Shown in pieces: positions 12,387 to 24,300 of a DNA stretch of 64,000 nucleotides. The notes beneath the pieces were generated by a model. The model worked only from the letters and a program-made list of their open reading frames with translations, searched no databases and had not been told where the DNA came from. A program made the position numbers and the translations under genes. This stretch comes from Takakia lepidozioides. Its lineage: Eukaryota > Plantae > Bryophyta. The first letter of the stretch is position 1; each line of letters starts with the position of its first letter. The stretch is taken from assembly GCA_030704615.1 (NCBI GenBank), contig CM060734.1:56482001-56546000 (forward strand), in the 5' to 3' direction.

Positions 12387-13066
12387 CATTGATATAGACA
12401 TTTGTTTATGGAGCCGGGGGCCTGCTTGTTTTCCATATATAGTTTTAAAGTTGGTGAACAGAGGTGCGGGGACGTCCTTGATCCTCCTGAAGAGGGTCAC
12501 TCTCTGGAGAATATCCTGGACAATGTATCAGAAAATGGATACTGTCTTCAGGCTGGGAGCACAGAGAGAGCAATGAATGAAATGGGATTTTAAAGAGTAC
12601 GATTTCTGCCCGCAGAGAGAGACACATGAGATAGACAAAGAGAGGCAAGTATTGGTTGACTCTAATTTAAACTGCATTGCAATTTGAAATCTTGTTGTGT
12701 TTGGGCAAGCTCAGCAAACCCTGAACTTGATGGTATAATTGCACTAGAAGTGCAACAAAATAATCTTTAAAATGTAAAAGGGTGCACCTACTTTGCATAA
12801 AATTTGCATACATGAAAGTGCACACTTCTGCATTATCCACACTATACTTTGTTTCTAACCTCTCCTTGACAGTTTGCTTAGCATCAGATCCCTGAAACCT
12901 TAGTCATAGCAGACTACCAGGAAAGCTATGACGAACCCCCCCCCCCCCCCCCCACTTTACAAAATTGTTATGGCTGATCGATGACTTGTTCAGCAGCAGA
13001 TAACTATCTGCAGCAAAGAGCCCAACCTCCAGGAATATGGGCAAAGAATGTGTAGAAAAAATGGAG

Positions 13067-14713
13067 CTACAAAGAAGAACATTGCATGGGCTCAAAGCCA
13101 AGCTGTGATTTTGCCCGGTCGTAGATGATGTGGAAGTTTTGCTGCTGGAAGTTCCCGATGATGGACATACTGGAAGCTGGGGAGCCAAGAATTGCAAGGC
13201 AGAGGATCTCCTCATCAGGGTCAGGTTGAATGAAAACATTCTTCCTGGGGAGTTGCCAGACTGCGCCATTTACAAACACAATACTGAATGTGGGCAAAGA
13301 GGGGTCGGGGTTTTGTGAAATGTCGTAACATAAGTCCAGGGGTTGCATGGGATCAGCTCTGGGTAGAGACACTTTGGACTCGAATGCAGCCCGCACTGGA
13401 AGGTAAGCTGGCTCAGTGAAATATGTGAGGGTTGTACCAGAATCAACAATGGTGCCACCACCCCCTTCACTGTTGATGCTCCATGCGCTTTCTGGAATAG
13501 TGAGGTTTTCTCCCCCAACAACAAGCTGCGAGATATTGACGTAGTAGAAGGTATCTAGACGGGGATTCTTAGTAAATGGAGTGTATTGGACATTCGTGGG
13601 CATTGTAGAGAGGACATTCTCCTCACCGAATACCAGAGTGCTGCTTACGTTCAGAGGGTCATCACGATCCACAAGACAATATGAGAATTTGTTGCCATAA
13701 AGAGAGCCAACCTGGGAGGCGAATGAGATCCCTCCTTGGCCCATGCCCAGCAGGCCCCCGGCTCCATAAAACAGACCCTCGTTGTTGTGTCCACAGCCAA
13801 ACATGACTTTCTCAATCTGGATAGTCTCCCCCTTGGAAACATTCAAGGTGAATGTTTCAAACGCGAAATCCCCTGTAGTGTTGGAAAGGTCACCGTACCA
13901 GTAGTAATACTGACAACCCCTTGGTTGGTCGACTGAGCATGTGGCTGTGTTGACGTAGGGATTTACCACGAGACAATCAGGGGAGTGGCAAGTAACCTGT
14001 TCATAAGAGTGAGATCCCTGGGGTTCGAATATAGGTCCTTGCTGAGAGTAGCAATATTCGCAAGGATTACATTGGACCCAAGTAAGGTCGCTGCCAGTGT
14101 CGATTATTACAGGGATGTGCCGAGGTGGTGTACCCAGATAAATGTCCATGAAATATTCTCCAGACCCTAGAGAAGCCCCCGATTCGAGCGTCCCCTCAAA
14201 CTCCAAGGGCGCATGCACCGCCTCTGGAGAGCTCGGACCCCTGGCTTTAGAGGTCGACGAACTCACAACCGCAGCAGCAGCAGAAGCATAGCCCAAGGCC
14301 CGACTCTTCACTCTCCTTCGAAATCCATGTGTGCGGGCAGTATCCCTCTTCAATGACTGCTGGAGTGAATCTTTTGGGCTCATAGATATCTGTGACGGAT
14401 GTGAGTCTCGATGTGAGAGGCTTAATCGCAGACCCCCCTGGTTTCCATCTTGTTTCTCTCCGAGCTTCCGCACTCGAACTGACCCTGTTTCCCCCGTTTT
14501 GTGAGAGGCGATCTGGCATCCATGGGAGTGCTCTCTTTCACCCGCCGCATGAGGCGGGACTTTCCGAGGGCCATCACAGACGCTGAACTCATTTGCTCCC
14601 GATGACAATTCGATGCCAGGAAGCCAATCGCTATCACAGCTAACAGCTTGGGACGCAAGAATCAAAAGCGCAGACAGGGTGGCTGCCCATGCTATGAGAG
14701 TCAGCCTACCCAT
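13067..14713 (-). CDS. Secreted A1-family (pepsin-like, nepenthesin/ASPG1-type) aspartic protease, intronless, 548 aa
   Basis: Signal peptide MGRLTLIAWAATLSALLILASQAVSC and motifs GSGEYF, catalytic IIDTGSDLTW and IVDSGTT, the Cys-rich insert and IIGNFQQQN. The ATG at 14713 is preferred over the TTG at 14728. Confidence 0.95.
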   Translation of the reverse strand: MGRLTLIAWAATLSALLILASQAVSCDSDWLPGIELSSGANEFSVCDGPRKVPPHAAGEREHSHGCQIASHKTGETGSVRVRKLGEKQDGNQGGLRLSLSHRDSHPSQISMSPKDSLQQSLKRDTARTHGFRRRVKSRALGYASAAAAVVSSSTSKARGPSSPEAVHAPLEFEGTLESGASLGSGEYFMDIYLGTPPRHIPVIIDTGSDLTWVQCNPCEYCYSQQGPIFEPQGSHSYEQVTCHSPDCLVVNPYVNTATCSVDQPRGCQYYYWYGDLSNTTGDFAFETFTLNVSKGETIQIEKVMFGCGHNNEGLFYGAGGLLGMGQGGISFASQVGSLYGNKFSYCLVDRDDPLNVSSTLVFGEENVLSTMPTNVQYTPFTKNPRLDTFYYVNISQLVVGGENLTIPESAWSINSEGGGGTIVDSGTTLTYFTEPAYLPVRAAFESKVSLPRADPMQPLDLCYDISQNPDPSLPTFSIVFVNGAVWQLPRKNVFIQPDPDEEILCLAILGSPASSMSIIGNFQQQNFHIIYDRAKSQLGFEPMQCSSL

Positions 14714-16879
14714 GTGGTCCAGATTCAAATTGGGTCTGCAAGTCCTGCCAAGATTCCAACACCCAATTCCAGCTCCGGATTAAGAAGAGGAGAGCGACGG
14801 CAAAACTTTTCCTGAAAATCTGACTGATGCGAACAGCAAGAGCAAGCACCTGACAAATCTCCAACCTGCAATCTTCTAGCATAAGGATTGGAATACCCGG
14901 GCAAGAGCTCACTTGAACTGCACTCTCTCGTTTCAGAGACTAAACAAAACAAAACCGACATATGTGCTCGTATGCTCCCCTTGTGATCATCACCTCCGAG
15001 AGGACGCAGCTGAGGAAGAGTTGTCAAGTCTTCGGGCCAAGTCAAAGGTACACAAAAAGCAGCCACTCTTGTCTCTCTCTCACAGTCCCTCAACTCCCTC
15101 CCCCACGTGTGGAATACCGGCTGCAGCACCTGTCATACTTGCTCGAGCTGGCACTGATGACAGCATTTATGGCGGACTGAGGATCATCATCCACAGTTTC
15201 GTTTGTAGTTTACTTGCATTTCGATCGCAGGAGCATCTGACTTTCTTCCTTGGTTGAGAGTTTGAGGTTGCGAAGAAGAGGATCCCTGTCGGTGGGGTCA
15301 TATCACCAACACGCCACGACTTTACGACTGGCCTTACGACTAGACTTTACTTTCTGGTTGCCATTTTGGAGAGCAGATGTGGGATGGTGTGGGGTAGCGG
15401 TCACGTGGTTGCCTGACCCACCCCAATCAATTGCTAGCATCACGCATGACGTCTCAATCTCGCAACTCGTTTGTCTGTGATGATCTGGAATGACTGCAGG
15501 ACTGAAGATGTTGTGTTTGATTGCGTAGCAACGATTGAAGTCAAACCCCACTTCCGTCGGCCACTCAGGACTCCATACAATATTTACTCTCTGGCATGTC
15601 AACAGTTGAGGTTTGACAGTCTTACTGTGGCGTACTGGGAATGAAGTCCGACATATGTTTTCACGACCTGCTGGGGGCCTGCACCATGCTTTGCAACTTC
15701 CTGTGGACAAGATGCTGCACTAGTCTTGTACATACATAGCTTGACTGGCTGCACACCATCCTTCACTTGCTACAGATTTTCTCAGATCCTTCTTGAAGCC
15801 CACACTAGCGACAGACCGGACGAGTTATATCTGGCTTACATACCTCCAGGGAAGATTTCTAGCTTCACTTGTAGCAGAGGCGCTACATGCATGGATGTGT
15901 CCAAGACGAAATTTCAAAGTAACGGGAAAGAAACTTGATCCTCGCTCATCTGCCTGGCTAGTTGCAATCTCACCAGTTGAGTAAATAGCAGAGTAGGATC
16001 CTGAAATGTTGAAGGCAAATCAACGCCATGAAGTTTCTCACGAAGTAGCTAGATTAGATCTAGAAGTCAAACGAGATACCGTAATCACTTAATCGGAGCC
16101 CGCGAGGAAAAATGATAAGTAGATTCTGTCATCCGAGCTGCCATCTAGAATGGGTTGTTGAGTGAAGCAAAGTCTGCTTGCAAGCAAGGTGCAGGCAGTC
16201 GGAACCCATCAAAGTTCAAGCTGTACATGGCCTTGGGAGTCAGCCCTCGGGATCAAGCTTGTCAAATAAGGTAATCGACGAGTCCGCTGGTATCAATGAG
16301 ATGAAAACACCGGTCAACGAAGGACGTAGAAGGGACGGGACGGTTGGACCTCGGTTGGTCTGATCGTGTCGATCTAATTCCTGGAGAGTACATGTCGAAT
16401 TCGGGGCCCATCACCCTTTCTGGTCCAACTCCAGACTCCAGACATCTTGAACGGCCTTCACATAGGCTGAATGAATGCTGTTCAATGTCCGAAATCTTCA
16501 GCTACAGTGAAACTACAGTAAAACTCATGAGGTCGGACTCACAGAGATGCGGACGTCTAGATTCATTGGATAGTTTCTGTAGTGAGAGATAGCTTCACGT
16601 CGATCCTGCACATCAGCTCCATCCACACTCTCTTACTCGGAAAAGTAGTAAAACCCTCTAAACCTGGTCGTCCTCCAGATCTTAGTGGAATATCTGTTCT
16701 TGACTAACCGGTTGACGAAATGTAGAGACTTCGTACTTTTGAAAATGAGTGCTTTGAACAGAATAAAATGCTTCTAGATCCACGGGTAACCGGTTCTTCT
16801 TCAATCCAGTGCGTCGGGTTCCATCACTGCCTCCTCATGGGAAACTGGGACCCAGACAATAGTCACACCTCTTGCACTA

Positions 16880-18265
16880 ACTTGCTCCAATATGGTCGCC
16901 CCGGTGCGTCGACATCATTCCGGATATGAGATAGCACCGTCTTCATGTCGGGACGGCTTGCAGCTGGCAGCCCTTGTGCGCAGAAGGCCAGTTACATCAA
17001 AATACTTAGAATCTCTCCATGCCAATCTTGAGCACTTTGGAGGCAGGACTGTGGCAAGGATAGTACCATCCGGAGATTGCGAATCTCTCGCTGAAGTCGG
17101 AGCTAGAGGGACGAGGTCCCAGCTGTGATTTGGTGCAGTTCAGCAAGACCCCGAAGCTGGGTATGTCGGCCTTCTCTGAGACTTTCGTCATGTAAGCCCA
17201 CCCTGCACTTTCACACCGTATCCGTAATTCGCAGAACTAGAGGAACGATAGATAGCAATGAAAGAAACACATGCACTGAAAATAGTCTGCGCAACATATG
17301 GCTACCTAGTAGCACCTGGGGCATATCTGATTGTCCGGGGGGGCCTAAACATTCGAACTCTTCTCCACCAAAACTTCAGCAATGCCAAGTCAACCATGCG
17401 TGCCTCGATGTCCGTCTAATCTTGCCAGTTTTCAGTTCAGTCACGGCTTCGATTGGGTGGTCAAAGCTGTGGTGCAGGTATGCCAGACCCTGAACCACCC
17501 CAACAACAATCCAATCCACTGTGAAGTCGATCCTTTAAGCTTTCATCGCTCATGAACTGCCATCATCTCCTAGAACCTCCCAGAAACGATTGTCATTGTT
17601 GTAATGTCCTTTCGAGTCTGCCCACTGAGATTGTTGTGTGAAATATCTAGACATTTTAGACTGCCGCTGTCGCCAAGCCTTTGGGATGGTATAGATCAAT
17701 GCGTTGATCTTACTTGGACAATATGGGTAAGATCATCCAACTCTACAGTCAGCTCTCCGTTGAATTGTTGAATGGCAAGCTCAAAGACTGGAGGGAGAAG
17801 AAATTGCTGACCATGGCTTTGGTGATTACCAAAAATGGAGTGGCAAAATCTTGTGTGGATACTTAACTCTGTCTTGAGTGTCTTCCGTTGATAGTGATCA
17901 GTGCCCATCAGTAAGGCATCAGGGTGAAGCTCACTCATACAGACATTATCGACAATTTCAGCTGGAGCTTCCACTCTGCAAGAGCTCAGAGTAGGACCCT
18001 GCAATGCAACTTTTGTTGCAGCCAATGGCACAAACAAAGAGGGAGGCTATGCCCATTCTGGAAAATGTCCTCGTACCTCGGACATTCTTATTAACCTATT
18101 CCCCCCCATGAATAATGTCATCTTGGAGCACACCTGCAGCTGCTGCTTGACACCTAGTTCAGTAATTGCCCTGATGAAGGGTACTAATAAAATTGGTCTA
18201 ATTCTGTCAACATCCTCTCTGTTGGGCACTGATCTTCTTCGGCGTACTTGCCTGAAGACCAGCAT
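16880..18265 (-). pseudogene. Decayed LRR receptor-like kinase (LRR-XI-like)
   Basis: LRR remnants such as LKCLDISHNNLSGQ (about 17620-17660). Kinase remnants VQGLAYLHH (about 17470-17500), a frameshifted VDFGIAK-like motif (about 17380-17395), WAYMTKVSEKADIPSFGVLL (about 17140-17200) and RPDMKTV (about 16935-16955). An intron is retained just before the WAY motif. Confidence 0.8.
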
Positions 18266-18355
18266 CCAGTAAAAATTGTTCCAATGCCAAGCCGTTGTCT
18301 ACCCAGAACACAAATATGCAAATGTACACATCAGCTCAATTTGCTGCTAATAGTG

Positions 18356-21300
18356 TTACTTGGACCTCCTAGTGAGACTGAGAATTGTGGACACCATTAG
18401 TTTGCGGTCAATTGGTTTTGTGAGATAGGCATCCATGCCAACTTGGAGGCATTTGGCTTCATCAGAAGACATGGCATGTGCAGTTAGTGCAACAATTGGT
18501 ATGTGGACATCACTTCCTTCCTCCGCTTTTCGTATGGCTTTTGTTGCATCATATCCATCCATTCTTGGCATCTAAACGCAAGACCAACAATATGTAATCA
18601 GTGGTTTAGGAGGTAGAGGGCAACATAGAAACATAGATCTCTTTAATAATACATAAGCTTGACTGCTGGACTCTGGAGATTGCTCAGCATGCATACTGCC
18701 TCAATACACTCACATACTCATACTGCTGGCAGCTGTGCCATCTATTCACAATACACACCCATTTGCAATCTCCAAAGGCATTCCGTTTACGACTGCAAGC
18801 AAACATACAGGAATTCTGAGCAGGTCCAGAAAAGATAGACATGTTCACTAGGTTGCAACTTGCAACAAACAACATGAATACACACAATAGGGAGAAGAGA
18901 GTACATTGTTGATACCTGACAATCCATGAGAACAAGGTCGAAACCTGAGACATTTCTGTTTCCACCTCCAGACACATTGCCTGAGCTTGCTGTGTTTTCT
19001 TCGACCGTACTTCCCAACCCGCTGTTTTGGATATTGCCAGCAGTATGAGTGCTCCGTAATGTGTCAACAGCTTGCAACCCATCCCCAACCACAACCACAC
19101 ATGCCCCCATCTTTTCCAACATGATGGTGGCCACTCTTTGAAGGACAGGTGTGTCCTCAGCAAGTAAAATTCGGATTCCAGCCAATGAGTTCAGGAGCCC
19201 ATGTTGACTGGAGGAAGGCTTCTTCGCAGCGGGACGTATTTGGCCCTTTGTGCCCACGAAAGGTGTGGCGGAAGTGCTGGCCTTCCCAGCTGAGCTTTCA
19301 GAAGATTCTTTGGCAGTACTAGTAGTCTCTGTAACACGTCCTTGAGACATTGGTTCTCCACCCCCTCTATCTTTATGCGCTTCTAAGCATGGGATGGGTA
19401 GTCTGACATCCATCTGCAAAGCTGGTTGGTTAGATGATGGACCGATGGAGATTTCCTCATTTTTCTGATACAACCTAGTTTCCAGAGTTGGCTCCTGTTT
19501 ACCTGTTCCATGCTGTCCACATATGCCAGGTTGAACTACATACCCATGTGCAATAGGGACATCTGGAGCAGAATCAGGCACGAGGTGATCAAGGTGCGTG
19601 TCTATGTCTATAAGGTGAGCTGTGCCACCAAGTTGGCTTTCAGCAGTGTTTGAAGTGTTGGTTGAATTGACAGGGGAGCCAGATTGCCTTTCACCCAGAA
19701 TCACTGGAGAAATAGCACCCGAGCAACTAGGACTCAGTATGGGGTGACCCGTTGTCCCCTGCCATTCATCCTCATCGCCTTGTCTCAACAATATCCTTCT
19801 CTGGCTTACGCCATCCTCGCCAGAATGCTCAGTTTCATTTCCAGGCTGAGGTTGTCCTGTTCCGGTGACCACCCTCAGCCATTTGTCCCCCCTCAGTTTG
19901 GGGCTCAAATGCTCTTCCCTGTTGCTACTCCCCTTGGTCGATGGGGCTATCCCACTGCTGTCTGGCCCCTGGTCCAAAGCAATGTGAGTGCTCTCCAAGG
20001 TGTTGCCTGTCTCAACAGAAAGACTCCTTGCAAAGAGGCTCTTATTGATGCTGGACATACTCTTGGCAGAAGACATCCTTACCAACACTTGAGCCAATTT
20101 CTCGTCCGACCCTGACGACTTAAATCCTAGCTTGTTGTCAATCTGTCACGAAAATAATATACCCTCCATTAGTGCAAGATTGGATGACGTACACCATTGT
20201 CATGCAGCCCCAAAACCTGGCTCATACATTTCAGCCAAAGGTCACTAGTTCGAGAACTGAAATGGCAGTGCAACAGCTCTGCTTGAGCATTGATAACTGT
20301 GCGCAGGCCACTGCACAATGTGTGAAAAGGTGTTGAAGAGTTGAAGAGACAAAGGTTGGAACCTATCAGACTCATAATGCTCACCTTCATGCAAAATGGT
20401 GCAATTTTCCACTCATTCATGATGATAGAAAGATTTGTGTCGCCTTGCCAAGAACGACTACATGCTCCATCTTACATGCACCCTATATGAATCCAAACAG
20501 GATTTCAGATGAGTCAATTCCTCGCATGGCTAAAATGAGCTTACCTGTGAGTGAAAGTGTGAAACTTGGAGATGGTCGATGCCAGCGATCTGCTGAACCC
20601 CCAAAGAACCTGGACTGAGTCCATCGCAGGCCTTAAGCTGGTATCGGTGCGACTGTGCCAAGTCAGAAGCCACACGCTCATTGCTTACCACTGCATCATT
20701 CCTATTTATTCCCATCATCAATGTCAAGAGCTGTAATACTTTTGATTTGTAGAGAGGTTCATTGGCCGTTATTGTGTACCCTGTCTGGCGAAGCTGGGTC
20801 TTCAATGAACTTGAAGTATTGTGATTTAGGAGCCATGAGATCATGACACCTTGGCGCCTGAACTCATCTAATGTTGCTAATTTGCTTTGTACAGCCAGGT
20901 TCTCTTCCGATCGAAGAAATCCTGAATCCATTATTACTAGCATCTTTGAGTTTTGGGCACTCTGAGGACCGGAGGCCACAGGTACTGATGAAGTTGAGTG
21001 AACTTGCTTTTGAGAGATGCCCTCACTGGCATGCCCATCAGGTGAGAGTACGGCTGGACGTTCAACCTCTTTGATTGCTGTTTCCAGGCCCGTGATTGTC
21101 TCAACACAACCACTCTGTCTTCCATGAGCTCCCTGCTGAGTCACACCTCGAAGAAGGACCATTGCCTCATCCCAGGCGGACGCTTCATACACATGTAGGC
21201 CCTTTGACTTCATCCATTTTGCCAAGGTTGTCCTCCCCATGTCTCCTCTTATTGCAATCAGCACCTGTTATGACAGCACACAATCACATTTCCTGAATCT

Positions 21301-24300
21301 TTGAAAATCCAAAACAGACACAAGGTTGGGACTACACCATACAAACCCTGACAAGTCCACAACTCAGATTTAATATGGCCTGCTTCTGATAAAACTGACA
21401 TTTGTAACAATGGCAAAGGCGGCTCATTAAAGACGAGGTAAGCTGCCCACTAGAACTCTTCAAAATATTTTCTAAGAAGACAGGTTTATAAGAACATTAC
21501 ACACACCTTGGCTTGTTCCAGTTCAGCGGGAAACGGTTGCTGAGATATATCCAGACTGGACAATTCAGAAGGACGGTCAAACAAAAGAAAGAGCCGTAGC
21601 AATGTTCCAGGTCCTTGTTTCCTTACTACCTTTATATCCCCAGACATCTTCTGAACCTGAAACCATTTTCGGCACCCCATATTTGCTACATTAGCGCTTT
21701 TCATTCCAGCCAACCAGAACAGTCACTCGCTACTCTATTCTTTTCCTGCAGTAGCCCGTTTGTTTCACTCGAGCACGGGGTCTATGGGCACAAGGCTACG
21801 GCAAACAGCGTTTTGTATGAGCATTCTTTTCCTGAAGTCACCTCTGAAAAGGCCTGTCAGGGACTGATAACAAGGTCTAGCATGCGGGTTCCAGATAATG
21901 ACACCAACTCGTATGATTAGTTGTATCATTGACCCACAAAGGCTACTACATACATGATAAAGTGCACACTCTGTTTTCACAAGGAGGAACTAGGGCTCTA
22001 GGTGACACACTTGAAGAGTAGTTCATTCCATTATCTTCCACCTCCCTGCCTGGGGCCGAGATTATATAGACCCACAGGACATTGACTGTTTTGTTGACTA
22101 TGCAATATTATACCAAGACAACTTACTGTTTTTTCAGGCCAACAATCTGAAACCACTACTCCATCTGTAAATGCTGATGCAGGGTCCCAAGCAGCTCATA
22201 TCTCCTGAAGACCAACTAGCTTATGTAACCGATGCTGGTAATCAGACATAATTCACCAGAGTGCGACACTTCATCAAAATGTATTGAGCTAACAGAGACT
22301 GTTTACAAAAGAAATCATGCTGGTGACAGCGTAGAGAGCATACCAAGGAACGCACAATACAGAGGCCCAGACCAGTTCCTCCGTACCTGTGAAAAGTTCA
22401 AACACCCTCTAAGAACTCTAATACATTGAAGTGCCAGGATAGCAAGAGTTTGACTGGCCTTAACTGGAAGACTGCAAGATGCGGCATCAGTCCCATCTAC
22501 CGTGACAGGCCGCGTATACAATGAGAATCTCACTATGGCTTCATCGTGGACCATTTCAGATTTCAAAGTCAATGCTGTTTAACAGTTGATACATCATCTG
22601 TGAACAGACCTACACAATATCACCTGAACAACATAAACAAAAAACCAGGAGGATCTGCAATCTGAAAAGATGGTTCACGCACGTGCGAGTAGTAGAAGGG
22701 TCTGCTTGCACAAAACTATCAAACACCATCTCCCACTTGCTCGGATCAATACCTGCATACCATTACCGACGTCCAATGCATTAGAATACGCAGTTTCCTT
22801 TATCCAACAAATGCATCTTACGTCAAGAACGAAAGTGCATCATATTAATATGATTCAATGCCCTTTAATGATTAATGCCAAGGAGAAGGAAGAAAAATAT
22901 GCACATGCTTCCCCACTTCCTTTCTATACAACTGGAGGGGTGGGGGTTGCCAAAAAGAGAATCTACAATGACAAGCCTGCTAAAGCACATGGGAAAGAGG
23001 GGAAGGGGAGAGACCACAGCCAGTATCCTCGACTTCAAACCACAGCTGGATTTTGTCCCGGTCAGAACTAGAGTCTCCCTGGTCACGGCCCAACCGTGCT
23101 GGCTGCCAAAAGTTGGTCTCCTTCCCAAATAGCACACCGTTTCTTAGCGCACTGGCTGGGGAGTTTGGTCCACACCAGCCCCGCACTATAACATGCCCCG
23201 CTGTTCCATCCCCACTGAATGCAAATTAGTATGTGTATCTACACATATCAACTGTCTTGTCTGAAATCACAGAGTAACAATGTGCATATCTACATAGGTC
23301 ATCAGGACAGACCAGTCACAGAACTATTCTAGTATAAATAGGGAGGAAGATATATGAATAACCAAAAGGGAGTCAGAAAATACATGAAGTGAACTTGATG
23401 GAGTTGGCAATTAAGTTGGCAAAAATCTGCATGGTCCTTGCCGAGTCCCCTCGGACAATTCGTTGCATCTCATCTGTGCACATGAATTAACACCCAGACC
23501 TTGGTTAAGTGTCAGGAATCTTTTCAAAGTGACAACCTGTTGTAGTATTTATGCCCGCTGAGGCAGTGTTAGCCTCCCCAGCCTCAAGGGTCCCAAATTA
23601 CTCCAACATGCAGATTTAGTTCATCCAAATATCAAATGCTCTTAGATCCACAGAATCTTCTTGTCAAGGACAACCTTCACCTCCTTTAACAACACAGGAA
23701 GAAGCAAACCATTGCCGATCAATTTTAAAAAATGACCAGAGTTCCTATCTGAGGAGGATATTTGACACAGTACATGCATCCAAACTGCCAAAAGCATGCA
23801 GAAAGCCAACTACAAAACAACTCCAGAAGACAGACTGAAATAAGATATGATATCTCTGCTTCTAATATCTGAACTGCCAGGGTGGTCAGCTGCACTGGAC
23901 TGGAACTGGAATGTCTCCCACCCTCTTGTAGACATGCAAACACTTGCCAACAGCACAGCAAGTTGGAAACTACCTAATGGACAATCTGGTAAGATCTTAC
24001 CTGCCAATTTTCTCATAACAGATTGTGCAGGTTTAAAGTGTCATTTCTCAGACCTAGAGTTGAAAGCCCTAGGGTAAAAAAGATCATTCACTCATTCATG
24101 TCTACAGATAACAAGGAAAGTTGCCGATCTTGCATGATGTACTTTGGTGCGAGTTGTGACACTTCATCTGGTTTCAATGTCAATGTTTATAGAGAATTTG
24201 CCCATTGAGTGCCACTGCTAGCACTTCTGTTCTGCAGCATAGGTAGTGTACCACACAAGACACTGATTTCCCAGTTCATCTCGAACTCAAAGCACAGGCA

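Noticed and set aside
15100-15410. G-box/ABRE motifs upstream of the aspartic protease
   Set aside because: CACGTG hexamers occur often by chance, so regulation cannot be supported from sequence alone.
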